DNA of 64,000 nucleotides from Candidatus Bathyarchaeota archaeon (GCA_963767735.1 CAVYES010000002.1:96001-160000), one strand, 5' to 3'. Shown: positions 40,446 through 51,233, numbered from the stretch's first letter. The notes: generated by a model from the sequence alone, not told the origin. Numbers and translations are program-made.

Positions 40446-43400
40446 TTGGCGGATAGAAAAGGAATTATTGTGAGTAAAACTAAAAAAAAGCAAGAAAGCA
40501 GAAAAAACGAAGCTCGTAGCAGCCAAGTTAAACCGATTTTTCCGATTGCAGGTTTAGGTGCTTCTGCTGGCGGCTTGGAGGCTATCAAGAAACTTCTTGA
40601 AAGTTTACCTCAGGACACTGGCTTAGCTTTCGTTATTGTTCAGCATCTTGCCACAAACCAAGAAAGCATGCTGCCTGAAATTCTTGCGCGTTCCACCCAA
40701 ATGCCCGTTAATAAAATTGAGGATGGAATGGTAATTGAACCTAACCAAGTTTACGTGATTCCCGCTGGAAAAAACGTTACAGTAGAAAATGGTCATCTAA
40801 ACCTTGAACCAAAGGGAATTTCTCTAAAGCCCATTGATGAGTTTTTGTGTTCCTTGGCGTTAGAGCGGAAAACACATGCAATCGGCATTGTACTCTCAGG
40901 AACAGGTTCTGACGGAACTGAAGGGTTAAGAGCCGTTAAAGCTGAAGGCGGAATCACCTTCGTTCAAGATTTAAAATCCGCCCAATACCCTGACATGCCT
41001 AAAAGCGCCATAGCCGCGGAAGTCGTGGATTTCGTGCGCTCTCCAGAGCAGATTGCAGAAGAATTGTGCAGCATCGCTAAGCATCCAGAGATTACTCGCC
41101 AAAAAATTAATTTGGAAGAGCCTAAACCTCAAGAAGCTGAAAATAATCTGCAGACAATATTTACTTTGCTTCAAAGTTCATTCGGCGTCAATTTTGCCAA
41201 CTACAAAAAAACAACAATCGACCGACGAATTAGCCGTCGAATGATCTTAAACAAAATTGAAAACGTAAACAAATATGTTGCATATTTGCGGGGGCACCGC
41301 GAAGAGCAACAAGCATTGTTTAACGACATGCTGATAAGTGTAACCGACTTCTTCAGAGAACCAAACACGTTCTTGGCTCTGAAAGAAAAAGTCTTCCCAG
41401 ACCTCGTTGAGAAAAAACAGTCCAATCAAACTATAAGGGTGTGGATTCCAGGCTGTTCAACCGGCGAAGAAGTCTACTCAATAGCCATGGCACTTACAGA
41501 GTTCCTGGAAGAAAAAGGCTTGGCGTTTCCAATCTTAATTTTCGGAACCGACGTTAATGCAAAAAATATTGAGAAGGCCCGTCGAGGCATCTATCTTAAG
41601 TCCATTGAGAACGTTATCTCCCAAGATCGGTTGAAACGCTTCTTCACCGACTCAAACGGAAACTATCAGGTTGCCAAGCGGATTCGTGACAAATGCGTTT
41701 TCGCGAAACATGATATCATGCAAGACCCCCCTTTCTCTAACATGGACCTAATTGTCTGCCGCAATTTACTCATTTACCTTGAGCCTTCACCGCAAGAAAG
41801 AGTAATGGCTACCCTTAATTACGCGTTAAAACCTGAAGGGTATCTTGTTTTGGGCGAATCTGAAAGCGTCGGCAAATTTACGAGCTTGTTTGAACCGTTA
41901 ACAAAGAGAGGCGTAATTTTTAAGAAGAAAGGCGGTCAACCTAAAGCCGAATTGCCTATGCAAGCGCCCAATCCCTTTTCTAAGGAAATGGGCGCCTTGA
42001 ACTTGCCTAAAAAGGCTGATGCCCAAGCGTTGTTGAAAGATGAAGTTGACAAGCTACTATTAACACAGTTTGCCCCTGCAACATTATTAGTTAACGACAA
42101 TTCGGATATCCTTGCTGTACGCGGGCAAGTTAATCCTTACGTTTCAATAGAGCCCGGAACCCCAAGTTTCAACGTGGGCAAAATGGTGCGAAAAGATCTG
42201 CGGCCTACTGTTCAAACCGCATTATACAGAGCAAAAAAAGTTGGGAAAGATGTTAAGGAAATAGTGCACCTTGAACATGACGGAGGCCAGAAAACAGTTA
42301 GCCTTCATGTTAAACCCATAAAATTATCAAATTACGAAGAGCCCTTCTTCCTCATACTGTTTGAGGAAAAAGAAAAGGCCGCAGTTGAAGTGCAAACAAC
42401 GAAACCAACGTCTCCAAGGGACGTATTAGTGAAAGCTAAAGATCAACAAATAAGAGAGCTCAGCGAAGATTTAGAATCCACTAAGCAAACACTGCAAACC
42501 GTTATTGAGCAGCAAGAAGCAATAAATGAAGAGTTACGGTCAGCCAATGAAGAAATCCAGTCAAGCAATGAAGAGTTAATGAGCACAAACGAAGAGTTAG
42601 AGACCTCTAAGGAAGAGTTGCAGTCAGCCAATGAAGAATTAACAACGCTAAATGATGAACTTAAACAGCGAAATGGAATGCTCAAAGAATTGAACGAAGA
42701 CTTGGCTAACCTGATGAGCAATGTTGACACCGCTGTGGTCATTGTAGGCAGTGATTTTAAGATTAAACGTTTTACCGCTTCAGCTCAAGAACTTTTAAGG
42801 CTTATCCCAGAGGATGTAGGACATTCAATTTTAGGTATTCGCTTGGGCATTCCAACGGAAGAGTTGGAAAAGCCACTTTCATCGGTAATTGCCAAGAATG
42901 AGGTTGTTAGAGCAGAAATCAACGCTGGAAAAGACCGCTGGTATCAAATGCGTATCAGACCATTCATTACTGAAGAGAAGAAAATTGGCGGAGCAGTATT
43001 GTCCTTTGTAGATGTCAGCGAAATAAAGACTTTATCGCATCAAGTTAAGGAGCAAGCAGATAAGTTAGTTCAATCTGAAATTTTGGCGACAGTTGGTAAA
43101 ACCGCGGGCATGGTTGGGCATGACATCCGCAACCCGCTGCAAGCTATAACCAGCGATGTCTATTTGGCGAAGAACGAATTAGCTTCGATGCCTGAGAGCG
43201 ATGAGAAAAAGAATGCATTAGAGAGCCTGACAGAGATTGAAGAGAACACTGAGTACATCAACAAGATTGTTGCTGACCTCCAAGACTACGCAAGAATCCT
43301 AATGCCTCAGTTTACGAAAGTTAACGTTGAAAAAGTATTTCAAGAAGTATTGTCGTCTGTCACTATTCCTAAAGATGTTGCTGTATCTTATTCTATAGCA

Positions 43401-43745
43401 AATGACTTCCCAATTCTCACTCTAGATGCTTCCTATTTGAAGAGGATAATGACGAATTTAATTTCAAATGCTCTTCAAGCTATACCGAAGGAAGGAAAAC
43501 TTACAGTTGATGCCTTCTGCCAAAATGGTAGTGCAGTGATTAGCGTTGCAGACACTGGTGTAGGCATTTCTGATGAAGTCAAGGATAAGATTTTCACGCC
43601 TTTGTTCACTACTAAGTCTAAAGGGCAAGGTTTCGGTTTACCGGTAATCAAAAGATTAACGGAATCTATGGGTGGAACCGTAACTTTTGATAGCGAAAAA
43701 GGAAAAGGCGCAAAGTTCACCATCAAATTCCCCATTTCCCAATAA
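40446..43745 (+). CDS. CheB methylesterase-CheR methyltransferase-coiled coil-PAS-histidine kinase fusion
   Basis: GASAGG, VQHL, GTGSDG (CheB); PGCSTGEE, CRNLLIY (CheR); EELQSANEEL heptads; HDIRNPL, N box, DTGVGI, GQGFGL (HK). Confidence 0.92.
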   Translation: MADRKGIIVSKTKKKQESRKNEARSSQVKPIFPIAGLGASAGGLEAIKKLLESLPQDTGLAFVIVQHLATNQESMLPEILARSTQMPVNKIEDGMVIEPNQVYVIPAGKNVTVENGHLNLEPKGISLKPIDEFLCSLALERKTHAIGIVLSGTGSDGTEGLRAVKAEGGITFVQDLKSAQYPDMPKSAIAAEVVDFVRSPEQIAEELCSIAKHPEITRQKINLEEPKPQEAENNLQTIFTLLQSSFGVNFANYKKTTIDRRISRRMILNKIENVNKYVAYLRGHREEQQALFNDMLISVTDFFREPNTFLALKEKVFPDLVEKKQSNQTIRVWIPGCSTGEEVYSIAMALTEFLEEKGLAFPILIFGTDVNAKNIEKARRGIYLKSIENVISQDRLKRFFTDSNGNYQVAKRIRDKCVFAKHDIMQDPPFSNMDLIVCRNLLIYLEPSPQERVMATLNYALKPEGYLVLGESESVGKFTSLFEPLTKRGVIFKKKGGQPKAELPMQAPNPFSKEMGALNLPKKADAQALLKDEVDKLLLTQFAPATLLVNDNSDILAVRGQVNPYVSIEPGTPSFNVGKMVRKDLRPTVQTALYRAKKVGKDVKEIVHLEHDGGQKTVSLHVKPIKLSNYEEPFFLILFEEKEKAAVEVQTTKPTSPRDVLVKAKDQQIRELSEDLESTKQTLQTVIEQQEAINEELRSANEEIQSSNEELMSTNEELETSKEELQSANEELTTLNDELKQRNGMLKELNEDLANLMSNVDTAVVIVGSDFKIKRFTASAQELLRLIPEDVGHSILGIRLGIPTEELEKPLSSVIAKNEVVRAEINAGKDRWYQMRIRPFITEEKKIGGAVLSFVDVSEIKTLSHQVKEQADKLVQSEILATVGKTAGMVGHDIRNPLQAITSDVYLAKNELASMPESDEKKNALESLTEIEENTEYINKIVADLQDYARILMPQFTKVNVEKVFQEVLSSVTIPKDVAVSYSIANDFPILTLDASYLKRIMTNLISNALQAIPKEGKLTVDAFCQNGSAVISVADTGVGISDEVKDKIFTPLFTTKSKGQGFGLPVIKRLTESMGGTVTFDSEKGKGAKFTIKFPISQ

Positions 43746-43933
43746 ACCGCTTCAGCGTACCTAAATTTTTTGACAACAAAACGTAATTCAGGACATCACA
43801 TCAACATAAACAACTCATGTCCCCGCGCAAGACCGAACCAAGCAAGAGACTGCTCAGAATTCCAAGCGTTCTTGATTGGAGATGTAGTTAACAAATAAAT
43901 ACATGCAAAACTTAACGAACGAAGGCACATGGA

Positions 43934-44632
43934 GTGAAAAGCTTGCCAACATTGGTTGAAGCGGTAAACCTTGCGAAAACTTACATGCTTGGAAAAGTCC
44001 CCGTGGAAGCACTCCGAGGAGTTAACCTCAAAGTTGAAGCTGGAGACTTCGTTTCCATTCTTGGGCCATCCGGAAGCGGCAAATCAACGATGCTGAACCT
44101 AATCGGCGCGTTAGACAAGCCAACCTCAGGCAAGCTTTTAATTGACGGCGTTGACATCTCAAAACTCAACGATAACCAACTGGCTGATTTGCGCAGGCGG
44201 ATCGGTTTTGTTTTCCAATTTTTCAATTTAATTCCACGATTAACCGCGAAAGACAACGTTGAATTGTCAATGGCTATTGCCGATATGAATAAGGCAGAGC
44301 GAAGAAAAAGAGCGGTGGAGCTTCTTGAAACTGTAGGCTTGAAAGAACGCGTAAACCATAAGCCTGCTGAACTGAGCGGTGGACAGCAGCAACGCGTCGC
44401 GATTGCACGCGCTTTGGCAAACAAACCTAGATTTCTTTTGCTGGATGAACCGACTGGAAACATTGACTCCAAAACGGCAAGCGAGGTTCTGGTTTTAATC
44501 AAGAAGTTGAATGTTGAAAGTAACGTCAGCATCATTATGGTTACTCATGATCAGCATTTAGCTCGTGAAGCGAAAAGAACTGTACAGATGTTTGATGGTC
44601 AAATAACATCCGAAGTGGCGAACCAACCATGA
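43934..44632 (+). CDS. ABC ATPase, LolD/MacB type
   Basis: GPSGSGKST, GFVFQFFNL, LSGGQQQRVAIARAL, DEPTGN. Confidence 0.93.
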   Translation: MKSLPTLVEAVNLAKTYMLGKVPVEALRGVNLKVEAGDFVSILGPSGSGKSTMLNLIGALDKPTSGKLLIDGVDISKLNDNQLADLRRRIGFVFQFFNLIPRLTAKDNVELSMAIADMNKAERRKRAVELLETVGLKERVNHKPAELSGGQQQRVAIARALANKPRFLLLDEPTGNIDSKTASEVLVLIKKLNVESNVSIIMVTHDQHLAREAKRTVQMFDGQITSEVANQP

Positions 44633-45960
44633 GAACAGTGGATATTTTCGGTTACTCTTTCAGCTCAATTAAACTCCGCAAGCTCAGAGCAGCATTGACC
44701 ATTTTGGGCGTAGTCATAGGCATCGCCGCCATAGTAGCGTTGCTCTCCATCACCCAGGGTTTGCAGTCAACTATAACTACCCAACTTCAGAAAGGACTGT
44801 CAACCAACACGTTAATTGTCACTCCAGGACAAAATGCTTTATCGCAAGCCACCAGCACCGGAAGCGGTAAAGGCCTTGGCAGCCGTGGGGCAGGCGGAGG
44901 CGGCTTAGGTTTAGGCGGTTCAGGCGCAAGCAGTTCTGGCTTCAACCTGTACGTCAATTATACTCAAGTTATCGACGGTTTGTCGCCTGAGATAGCGGGC
45001 TCGTTTGCCGTGATAGAACGGGCGGGTTACGTTGACGCTGGCGGGGTCAATTCTTCAGTTACTATTTACGGTGTTGATTTTGCCCAGTACGCTCAGCAGT
45101 ACAGTAAAACTTTTGTGGCTGCGTCAGGAACCATCCCGTTGAACCCCTCCGACAACGAGACAGTTGTTGGAACACTCGTAAATAATCCTGGACAAAACGG
45201 CACACTCCTCTTCAGCGCAGGCAACGACATTGGCATCGTATGGACTAACGGTACAACGCTTCCAGTCGTAAACGAAACTTACACGGCGCAGGTTTCAGCA
45301 GTGCTTCAAAGAATCGGCGGCTTCGGCCTTGGCGGACCTTCAGATTCAGGCGTTTATATTCCGCTAAGTCAGGCTGAGAGCTTTTTTGGAACTGACCAAT
45401 GTAACATGATAATTGTTCAGCTGAAAAGCAGCGATAACGCGACGATTACAGATGTTTCTAAGGCTATTACCAATTATTTTGGCGGTCAAGTATCCGTTAT
45501 TTCGTCAACGGCGGTTTTAAGTTTGCTCTCAACCGTATTCGGAACCATACAATTGTTCCTAGGCGGCATAGCTGCTATCTCCCTGTTAGTGGCAGGCATC
45601 GCGATAATGAACATAATGATAGTGTCGTTGATTGAGCGCACACGTGAAATTGGCATACTGAAAGCGTTAGGGATGAAAAGCCGAACCGTACTAACCATCT
45701 TCCTAGGCGAATCAGTTATAATCGGGGTAATCGGCGCATTAGTCGGCATAGCATTAGGCTGGATATTAGCGAACATTGTTGCGAAGCTTTTAGCTTCAGG
45801 AACCTTCGGCGGAAACGGATTCGTGGTGACACCGCTTTTGACTCCGGAAGTGTTTGTGGGCGCTTTAGGTTTCGGTATAGGAGTCAGCGTAATCTTCGCG
45901 CTGTACCCGGCGTGGCGTGCCTCTAAGCTCAAACCCGTAGAAGCTTTAAGATACGAATAG
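44629..45960 (+). CDS. FtsX/MacB-like ABC permease
   Basis: LTILGVVIG, ERTREIGILKALG, YPAWRASKLKPVEALRYE. Confidence 0.92.
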   Translation: MRTVDIFGYSFSSIKLRKLRAALTILGVVIGIAAIVALLSITQGLQSTITTQLQKGLSTNTLIVTPGQNALSQATSTGSGKGLGSRGAGGGGLGLGGSGASSSGFNLYVNYTQVIDGLSPEIAGSFAVIERAGYVDAGGVNSSVTIYGVDFAQYAQQYSKTFVAASGTIPLNPSDNETVVGTLVNNPGQNGTLLFSAGNDIGIVWTNGTTLPVVNETYTAQVSAVLQRIGGFGLGGPSDSGVYIPLSQAESFFGTDQCNMIIVQLKSSDNATITDVSKAITNYFGGQVSVISSTAVLSLLSTVFGTIQLFLGGIAAISLLVAGIAIMNIMIVSLIERTREIGILKALGMKSRTVLTIFLGESVIIGVIGALVGIALGWILANIVAKLLASGTFGGNGFVVTPLLTPEVFVGALGFGIGVSVIFALYPAWRASKLKPVEALRYE

Positions 45961-45985
45961 CACATACAACTAACGAGGAGTTCCC

Positions 45986-46435
45986 ATGAAGCGGTTATAC
46001 CCTGATCAGCCAGTTGTAGGCGTTGGCGCAGTAATAGTCGATAACGGCAAGATTGGGCTTATAAAACGAGGCAACGAACCCAGCAGAGGAAAATGGACAA
46101 TTCCAGGCGGCTTAGTTGAGCTTGCTGAAAGCCCCGAGCAGGCGGTTGTCCGAGAAGCCAAAGAGGAAACTGGTCTCGACGTTGAAAACCCAGTTTTAGT
46201 TGACGTGGTCAGCAATGTTGATTTGGATGAAAACGGCAAAGTCAAATACCATTATGTCATCATCGAATATTTTGTGCATGTAAAAGCAGGAACAGCTCAA
46301 GCTTTAAGCGACGCCGCGGAGCTACGTTGGGTTCCCTTCAGAGAAGTCGAAGATTACGATTTAACAAGGTCATTTAGACTTTTCTTCACCAACAATAGGG
46401 AAAAACTAGAAAAAGCAAACTCGTATAAACCTTAA
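45986..46435 (+). CDS. NUDIX hydrolase (ADP-ribose pyrophosphatase-like)
   Basis: PGGLVELAESPEQAVVREAKEETGL Nudix box. Confidence 0.93.
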   Translation: MKRLYPDQPVVGVGAVIVDNGKIGLIKRGNEPSRGKWTIPGGLVELAESPEQAVVREAKEETGLDVENPVLVDVVSNVDLDENGKVKYHYVIIEYFVHVKAGTAQALSDAAELRWVPFREVEDYDLTRSFRLFFTNNREKLEKANSYKP

Positions 46436-46556
46436 ATGGCATGAAGAGCCGCAAGTTTACTGCACAATCAACTTAAGACTTAAATTAGAAATCATTGATT
46501 AGTAGCCTAATTTTCAGGATACGTTCTTAAATAACTAGTAGAGAATAAAATATTGG

Positions 46557-47156
46557 TTGAATGAGGGAAAAATATTGACCGCAGACTATCTTTTCATAGT
46601 TAGGCATGGAGAAACCGAAGCTAACGAAAAAGGAATAGAGGCAGGCCCATTGGATTACCCCTTGACTAAGAGGGGCGTGAGAGGAGCGTTGTTCATCGCC
46701 AAGACCCTCTCGAAAGTAAAGATAAATGCCGTTTACAGCAGTCCAGTGTTTCGCGCCCACGAAACTGCAAAAATTCTGGCGCGCCCTCATAAGGTGAAGG
46801 TGAAAACTCTTGAGGAACTGACTGAAGCAAAAATCAAACCCGAATTCGTAGGCAAAAAGGGCCGACATCACATACTAACCACCCCTGAAGCCTTCACAGA
46901 GACAAACAATGATCTTCTAGAACGAACAAGTAAAGCCATCGAAATCATCAAAAAAGAAGCTGAAGGAAACGTGATTATGGTTTCCCACGGCGACGTGATA
47001 ACCGCTTTGCTTGAAGGTGTGGTCGAAAGAAAAGTCAGCACCGAGAAATACTACGTTCTCGACCCTTATCCCGCCGCACTAAGCATAGTTGAAATCAAAA
47101 ATAGACCGCAACTTATCCTATACAATTATCATCGTAAGATGTTCGCCGACTTCTAA
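46557..47156 (+). CDS. Histidine phosphatase (phosphoglycerate mutase family)
   Basis: RHGET, YSSPVFRAHETA, VSHGD. Confidence 0.9.
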   Translation: MNEGKILTADYLFIVRHGETEANEKGIEAGPLDYPLTKRGVRGALFIAKTLSKVKINAVYSSPVFRAHETAKILARPHKVKVKTLEELTEAKIKPEFVGKKGRHHILTTPEAFTETNNDLLERTSKAIEIIKKEAEGNVIMVSHGDVITALLEGVVERKVSTEKYYVLDPYPAALSIVEIKNRPQLILYNYHRKMFADF

Positions 47157-47195
47157 TTCTCGACTCTGATAGGTTTGCTGTAAAAAACAGTTAAA

Positions 47196-48581
47196 ATGGA
47201 GCAAACAACTTTAGTGAACATGGCTCAAGAAGTTCCTGACGATTTAAAGGATTTAATCGTGCGTTTTGTACGAATTTATAGCGGCGTCACTGATTTAGCG
47301 CTTGATCATTACCTGAATCCTAAACCGTGGTTTATGCCGCTGAACAGTATCTTGGCGAAAAGAGAAGCTGCCCACTATTTTTTGCTTGCCGCATCGCTTA
47401 GCGACAATAGGCTTACAGGAAACCCAAGAAACATCCGAATCCTGCTCTACCATCTTTACAGCAGACTCGGAGGCAAACTATACACCACAAAAATCCCAGT
47501 GGAATTCACAGGTGAAATTCGGAAATTTGAGCAGGACATAAAAAAGCTAGATCAACTGGGAGAAGCAAAGGATGAGATTCCAGAAATATTATCCTCAGTC
47601 AACCGATTCATAGAACAGAGAGCTCATGGCGACTTAATTGAATATACAACTATGCTGAGTCAAAAAGGAAACAAGCCCAAAGACTTTGTTGAGGAACTAA
47701 TGTATAAGGTAAAAAGAATGAATAAACACCATAAAGCAAAGTCTTGGCTGTATCTTCGTTGGATGACTCGAGGTCCACCTGACTTAGGGCTTTTCCCGTA
47801 TAACCCTAAAGATTTGATGGTGCCACTTAGCACGCCTAAATTCAGAGTTTACGCTTCTTTGGGTCTTAGTGATAACGAGAATTTACCTTTCCAATTAAAC
47901 GCCAAAAATAAACCGGAAAGCTGGTGGAACGGCACTGCAGAATTTGATGATGACGCAAACAGGTTAACTAGTTTTGCCCGCTCTCTTTTTCCCGATGATC
48001 CAGCCAAAGTAGATTTTCCCTTCTTTATCTTAGGTACCTGGCTCGAAAATTCTGACTTAACACCTGTTTCTTTAGAGAGGTCTCTGCGTTTTTTCATTCA
48101 GAAATATCAGGAATTGCTTCAGCCACTTATGCGATACTTAACTGTCGTTTCTCACTACAATAAAGCGGGCGAAGAATTTGAGCTTGGAGTGTTTACCGGG
48201 TTAGAAAAAAATGTTTATGATTTTTTAAAGAACAAACAAGTGACGTTTAACTACGAGTTTATGGAATTTCGCTTATCAAAAGAAAACCCAACAACAGACC
48301 GATCTCTAACCTACAAACCAGACTTTCTATTGCCGCAACTTACAGATAAAGGCAGAAAGATTTTGCTTGAACCCCACGGAGTCAAAAACAACCTCAAAGG
48401 ATTCCTATACAAGCTCTCAACATTCCGAAAACTCTACGGCGACTACTTCTGCCTCATCCTAGTTGTTCCAGACGATTTCATTGAGGCAATCGATAAGCTT
48501 GATCCGAAGCATTTGGCGTATGACTATATTTGGAAACAAAGCGAATACAAACGCAAATATGAAAAACTTCAAAATTCATAA
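47196..48581 (+). CDS. DUF2400/TIGR02757-like (HhH-GPD-related) domain fused to a C-terminal PD-(D/E)XK nuclease
   Basis: WLYLRWMTR..PDLGL...LMVPL and FPDDPAKVDFP resemble DUF2400; LE..VY.FL....V.FNYE...YKPDF....ILLEPHG is PD-(D/E)XK-like. Confidence 0.65.
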   Translation: MEQTTLVNMAQEVPDDLKDLIVRFVRIYSGVTDLALDHYLNPKPWFMPLNSILAKREAAHYFLLAASLSDNRLTGNPRNIRILLYHLYSRLGGKLYTTKIPVEFTGEIRKFEQDIKKLDQLGEAKDEIPEILSSVNRFIEQRAHGDLIEYTTMLSQKGNKPKDFVEELMYKVKRMNKHHKAKSWLYLRWMTRGPPDLGLFPYNPKDLMVPLSTPKFRVYASLGLSDNENLPFQLNAKNKPESWWNGTAEFDDDANRLTSFARSLFPDDPAKVDFPFFILGTWLENSDLTPVSLERSLRFFIQKYQELLQPLMRYLTVVSHYNKAGEEFELGVFTGLEKNVYDFLKNKQVTFNYEFMEFRLSKENPTTDRSLTYKPDFLLPQLTDKGRKILLEPHGVKNNLKGFLYKLSTFRKLYGDYFCLILVVPDDFIEAIDKLDPKHLAYDYIWKQSEYKRKYEKLQNS

Positions 48582-48694
48582 AGATTTGCATTCTGCCGCG
48601 TGCTGAAAATTTTGTCTCCCACCTGCTGCACAATAACTGTGAAAAAGACCACAGTGTGCAAAGCCAAAGTGCCCAATGCATCTGTCCGCCTAAT

Positions 48695-50155
48695 TTAATT
48701 TATATCTTTAAAGAACAGCCGTGTCTCCCCCATTGTTTTGATGTCTAGGGCTCGGACGCGTGCTACAATAGGAAAGTCACTTACGACTTTGCCAAGTGTG
48801 AGGCAATGGTGGGGTGGCAGATCACGGGCGATCGAACGTACAGTTTCCGCATCCACGCGGGCAGCTCGGCTTACAACGTCTAAGTCGTGTTCGTTAGTGA
48901 AGTTGAAGAGAAAAATGTTGTCGGCTTGGCGATAAATCGTTTCTTGAATCGTGTCAGGCTGGTTCGTAATGAAGGTGGTGAATATGCCGAAGTGACGCAT
49001 ACGCGTTACGATGTCATCCCAGTAAGTCTCTCTTAGATAGAGATGAGCTTCTTCTGCGAAAAGAAATACTGCTTTCAGCTTCCAATTCGAGAGGGAATCA
49101 ACAAGTTTTCCAAGAGCGTATTCAACTACGATTTGTCGGTCGATGTTCGAGGTGTTTTTCAGGTTTATGACGATTGCGCCGCCTTGATCCTTGGCTTTCA
49201 AGATGCTTTCATCCAGCAATGTTGCTTCACCTGGAGCGTCGGTGAAGAAGCCTGAGTTAGCAAGGGAATGGAACCGTGAGGCTAACGCGTCGCGGACATG
49301 CTGGTTGCAGTTTAAATCGCGAATCGCCTCGCCTAGTTCCTGCATGTTCAATTTTCCTTTTTCCTTAAGCATCTTCCATATGCGACGGAACTCACGCGCT
49401 GAAGTCCCAGGCAAATGCAGTGCATTGACCAGTATGCCCATTACCGTGTTTAGGTGGAGCTGTTCGAGGGCTACTTTGAAGTTCTGCCCCGGAGTCAGGG
49501 TGTGAATTTTGTCGTAGTACATGTTTCTTTTGCCGTCATTACTCATGCCTAAGCTAGTGTATTCGCCGTTTAAGTCAAAAATGACGACAGTTGCCCTGTA
49601 ACCAACCAGGTTAACCATCAACAGCTTTGATAGATGGGATTTGCCGCAGCCTTTCTTGCCCGTTATGATATTTAACGTTCCATCTATTGCTGAAGCATCA
49701 ATCGTTAAAAGCGATGAGTCTTTGGTGCCGCCCAAAATTATGGGAAGTTTACCATCAACCTTTGCCAGTTTCATAAGCATGGGAATGGACAGTTTTTTGA
49801 TGGTTGATTGCGAACGGCTTGGAAGCCAACTGCTGCTTGGACTAAGCACTCCATTTTCCAACGTTGCCCTAATCTTGCAAATCAGCAAGCTAGCGTCTTG
49901 GATGTAAGTTATGTGGGGAGCGATTTCCATGGGGTCAATGTCTTCGCCCTGCAAGGGTTCGCCACCGTCCGGAAGAGTCCGCAAAAGCTCCTCAAGCACT
50001 CCGGGAACCGCTGCAAACTGAACATCGATGACCTGCGCAATCAAGGCTTTGGCGGCGTCTTGGTCTTCGACGAGTAGGTAGTCGCCTTTTTCAGCGCTCT
50101 CCGTTGGGAAACTGATGATTTGCAGCATGTTGCCTTCTTTTCTGTAGAGTTTCAT
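48695..50155 (-). CDS. HerA/FtsK-family ATPase
   Basis: GKKGCGKS Walker A, IFDLNGEY, LFAEEAH Walker B, TRMRHFG, TNQP. Confidence 0.88.
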   Translation of the reverse strand: MKLYRKEGNMLQIISFPTESAEKGDYLLVEDQDAAKALIAQVIDVQFAAVPGVLEELLRTLPDGGEPLQGEDIDPMEIAPHITYIQDASLLICKIRATLENGVLSPSSSWLPSRSQSTIKKLSIPMLMKLAKVDGKLPIILGGTKDSSLLTIDASAIDGTLNIITGKKGCGKSHLSKLLMVNLVGYRATVVIFDLNGEYTSLGMSNDGKRNMYYDKIHTLTPGQNFKVALEQLHLNTVMGILVNALHLPGTSAREFRRIWKMLKEKGKLNMQELGEAIRDLNCNQHVRDALASRFHSLANSGFFTDAPGEATLLDESILKAKDQGGAIVINLKNTSNIDRQIVVEYALGKLVDSLSNWKLKAVFLFAEEAHLYLRETYWDDIVTRMRHFGIFTTFITNQPDTIQETIYRQADNIFLFNFTNEHDLDVVSRAARVDAETVRSIARDLPPHHCLTLGKVVSDFPIVARVRALDIKTMGETRLFFKDIN

Positions 50156-51231
50156 GCGTAGATTTCCCCCGAGCCGAACGGACCAAAAAGCAGCCGATGC
50201 ATGTCTGGGCGGTTTATCATTTGTATGCCGTGTTTGCGTGTGATGAAGTGTTTGATGGCTAAGACTTCGTTAGCGGTGAAGGTACAGAGGATATGTGATA
50301 ACCTCAAAGTTTCAGGGTAGCTTTGCTTGTAGAGATCGTTACCGATTAACTTCTGCAAAGCAGCCATTCTCTGCTCTGACGGGGTTTCTTTATCAATATC
50401 TAAACGAAACGCAAAATTTGCCTTGTTTAAACGCGCAACATAAACATCGCCCAGCAGCGTTATCGGCGGTTTAAAATGTACACCTGTGGTTTCAAGCAGG
50501 TAGGGCGGGTCATGGTTTGGCAGCTGCTCAGTTATCAGGATGCCGTTAGCTCTAAGAGTTGTTGCTTTTGAGAATGCAAGAACGGTGCTGTCGTTTCTTC
50601 TTGCATAACCCAGAATTTCCCTGAGGCGCTGAACAGGTGTATCGATTGTGCCAGAGATTAAGGAGCCGTCAAAGAGGATTACGCCATGGCTCACGGTTTT
50701 GGCAAGCATAGTTTGCAGCCACCTCTCCAATAAGCCGGCAAGTCGCATGGGCATCTGCATGATGTTTGGGGCGGCTTGGTGGCTGGCTCCATAGCTGGTG
50801 CTGAAATAAGCGTGTTCCAGCGTATTGTAGAGAGCGTTTTTGTTTTCCTCTGTTATGTGGAATATGAATGGCCCGAGGCGCGTGTACTTGTAGCTTTGGT
50901 TTTGGCGCCACGTGGTTGCTCCCCTGATGGCCACGATTATGCCGGTGCTTGTTTCGCCTATTTTTATGGTTGAGGTGTCTATGGCGGCGATTAGGGTTTC
51001 TTGGTGGTCTGGTTTTATGGGGATTGATTGTGGTTTTAGTTGTATGCTGGAGGGGTATTGTTCGGTTACGCTGAATTGTTGCAGGTTTTGGGGGTTTAGT
51101 TGGAAGGGTTGGTGCTGGACTTGTTTTAGGGAGTGGAGGCTTTGTTCTAGGAAGCGTTGTGGGAGTGTTGTGTCGATGGTTGGTTGTGGAAAGTTATATT
51201 TGTCAGTAATTGTATATTGTTCAATCACCAT
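50152..51231 (-). CDS. NurA-family nuclease
   Basis: AAIDTS, ILFDGSL, AFSK, YPETLRLSH; translationally coupled to herA. Confidence 0.8.
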   Translation of the reverse strand: MVIEQYTITDKYNFPQPTIDTTLPQRFLEQSLHSLKQVQHQPFQLNPQNLQQFSVTEQYPSSIQLKPQSIPIKPDHQETLIAAIDTSTIKIGETSTGIIVAIRGATTWRQNQSYKYTRLGPFIFHITEENKNALYNTLEHAYFSTSYGASHQAAPNIMQMPMRLAGLLERWLQTMLAKTVSHGVILFDGSLISGTIDTPVQRLREILGYARRNDSTVLAFSKATTLRANGILITEQLPNHDPPYLLETTGVHFKPPITLLGDVYVARLNKANFAFRLDIDKETPSEQRMAALQKLIGNDLYKQSYPETLRLSHILCTFTANEVLAIKHFITRKHGIQMINRPDMHRLLFGPFGSGEIYA

Positions 51232-51233
51232 GA

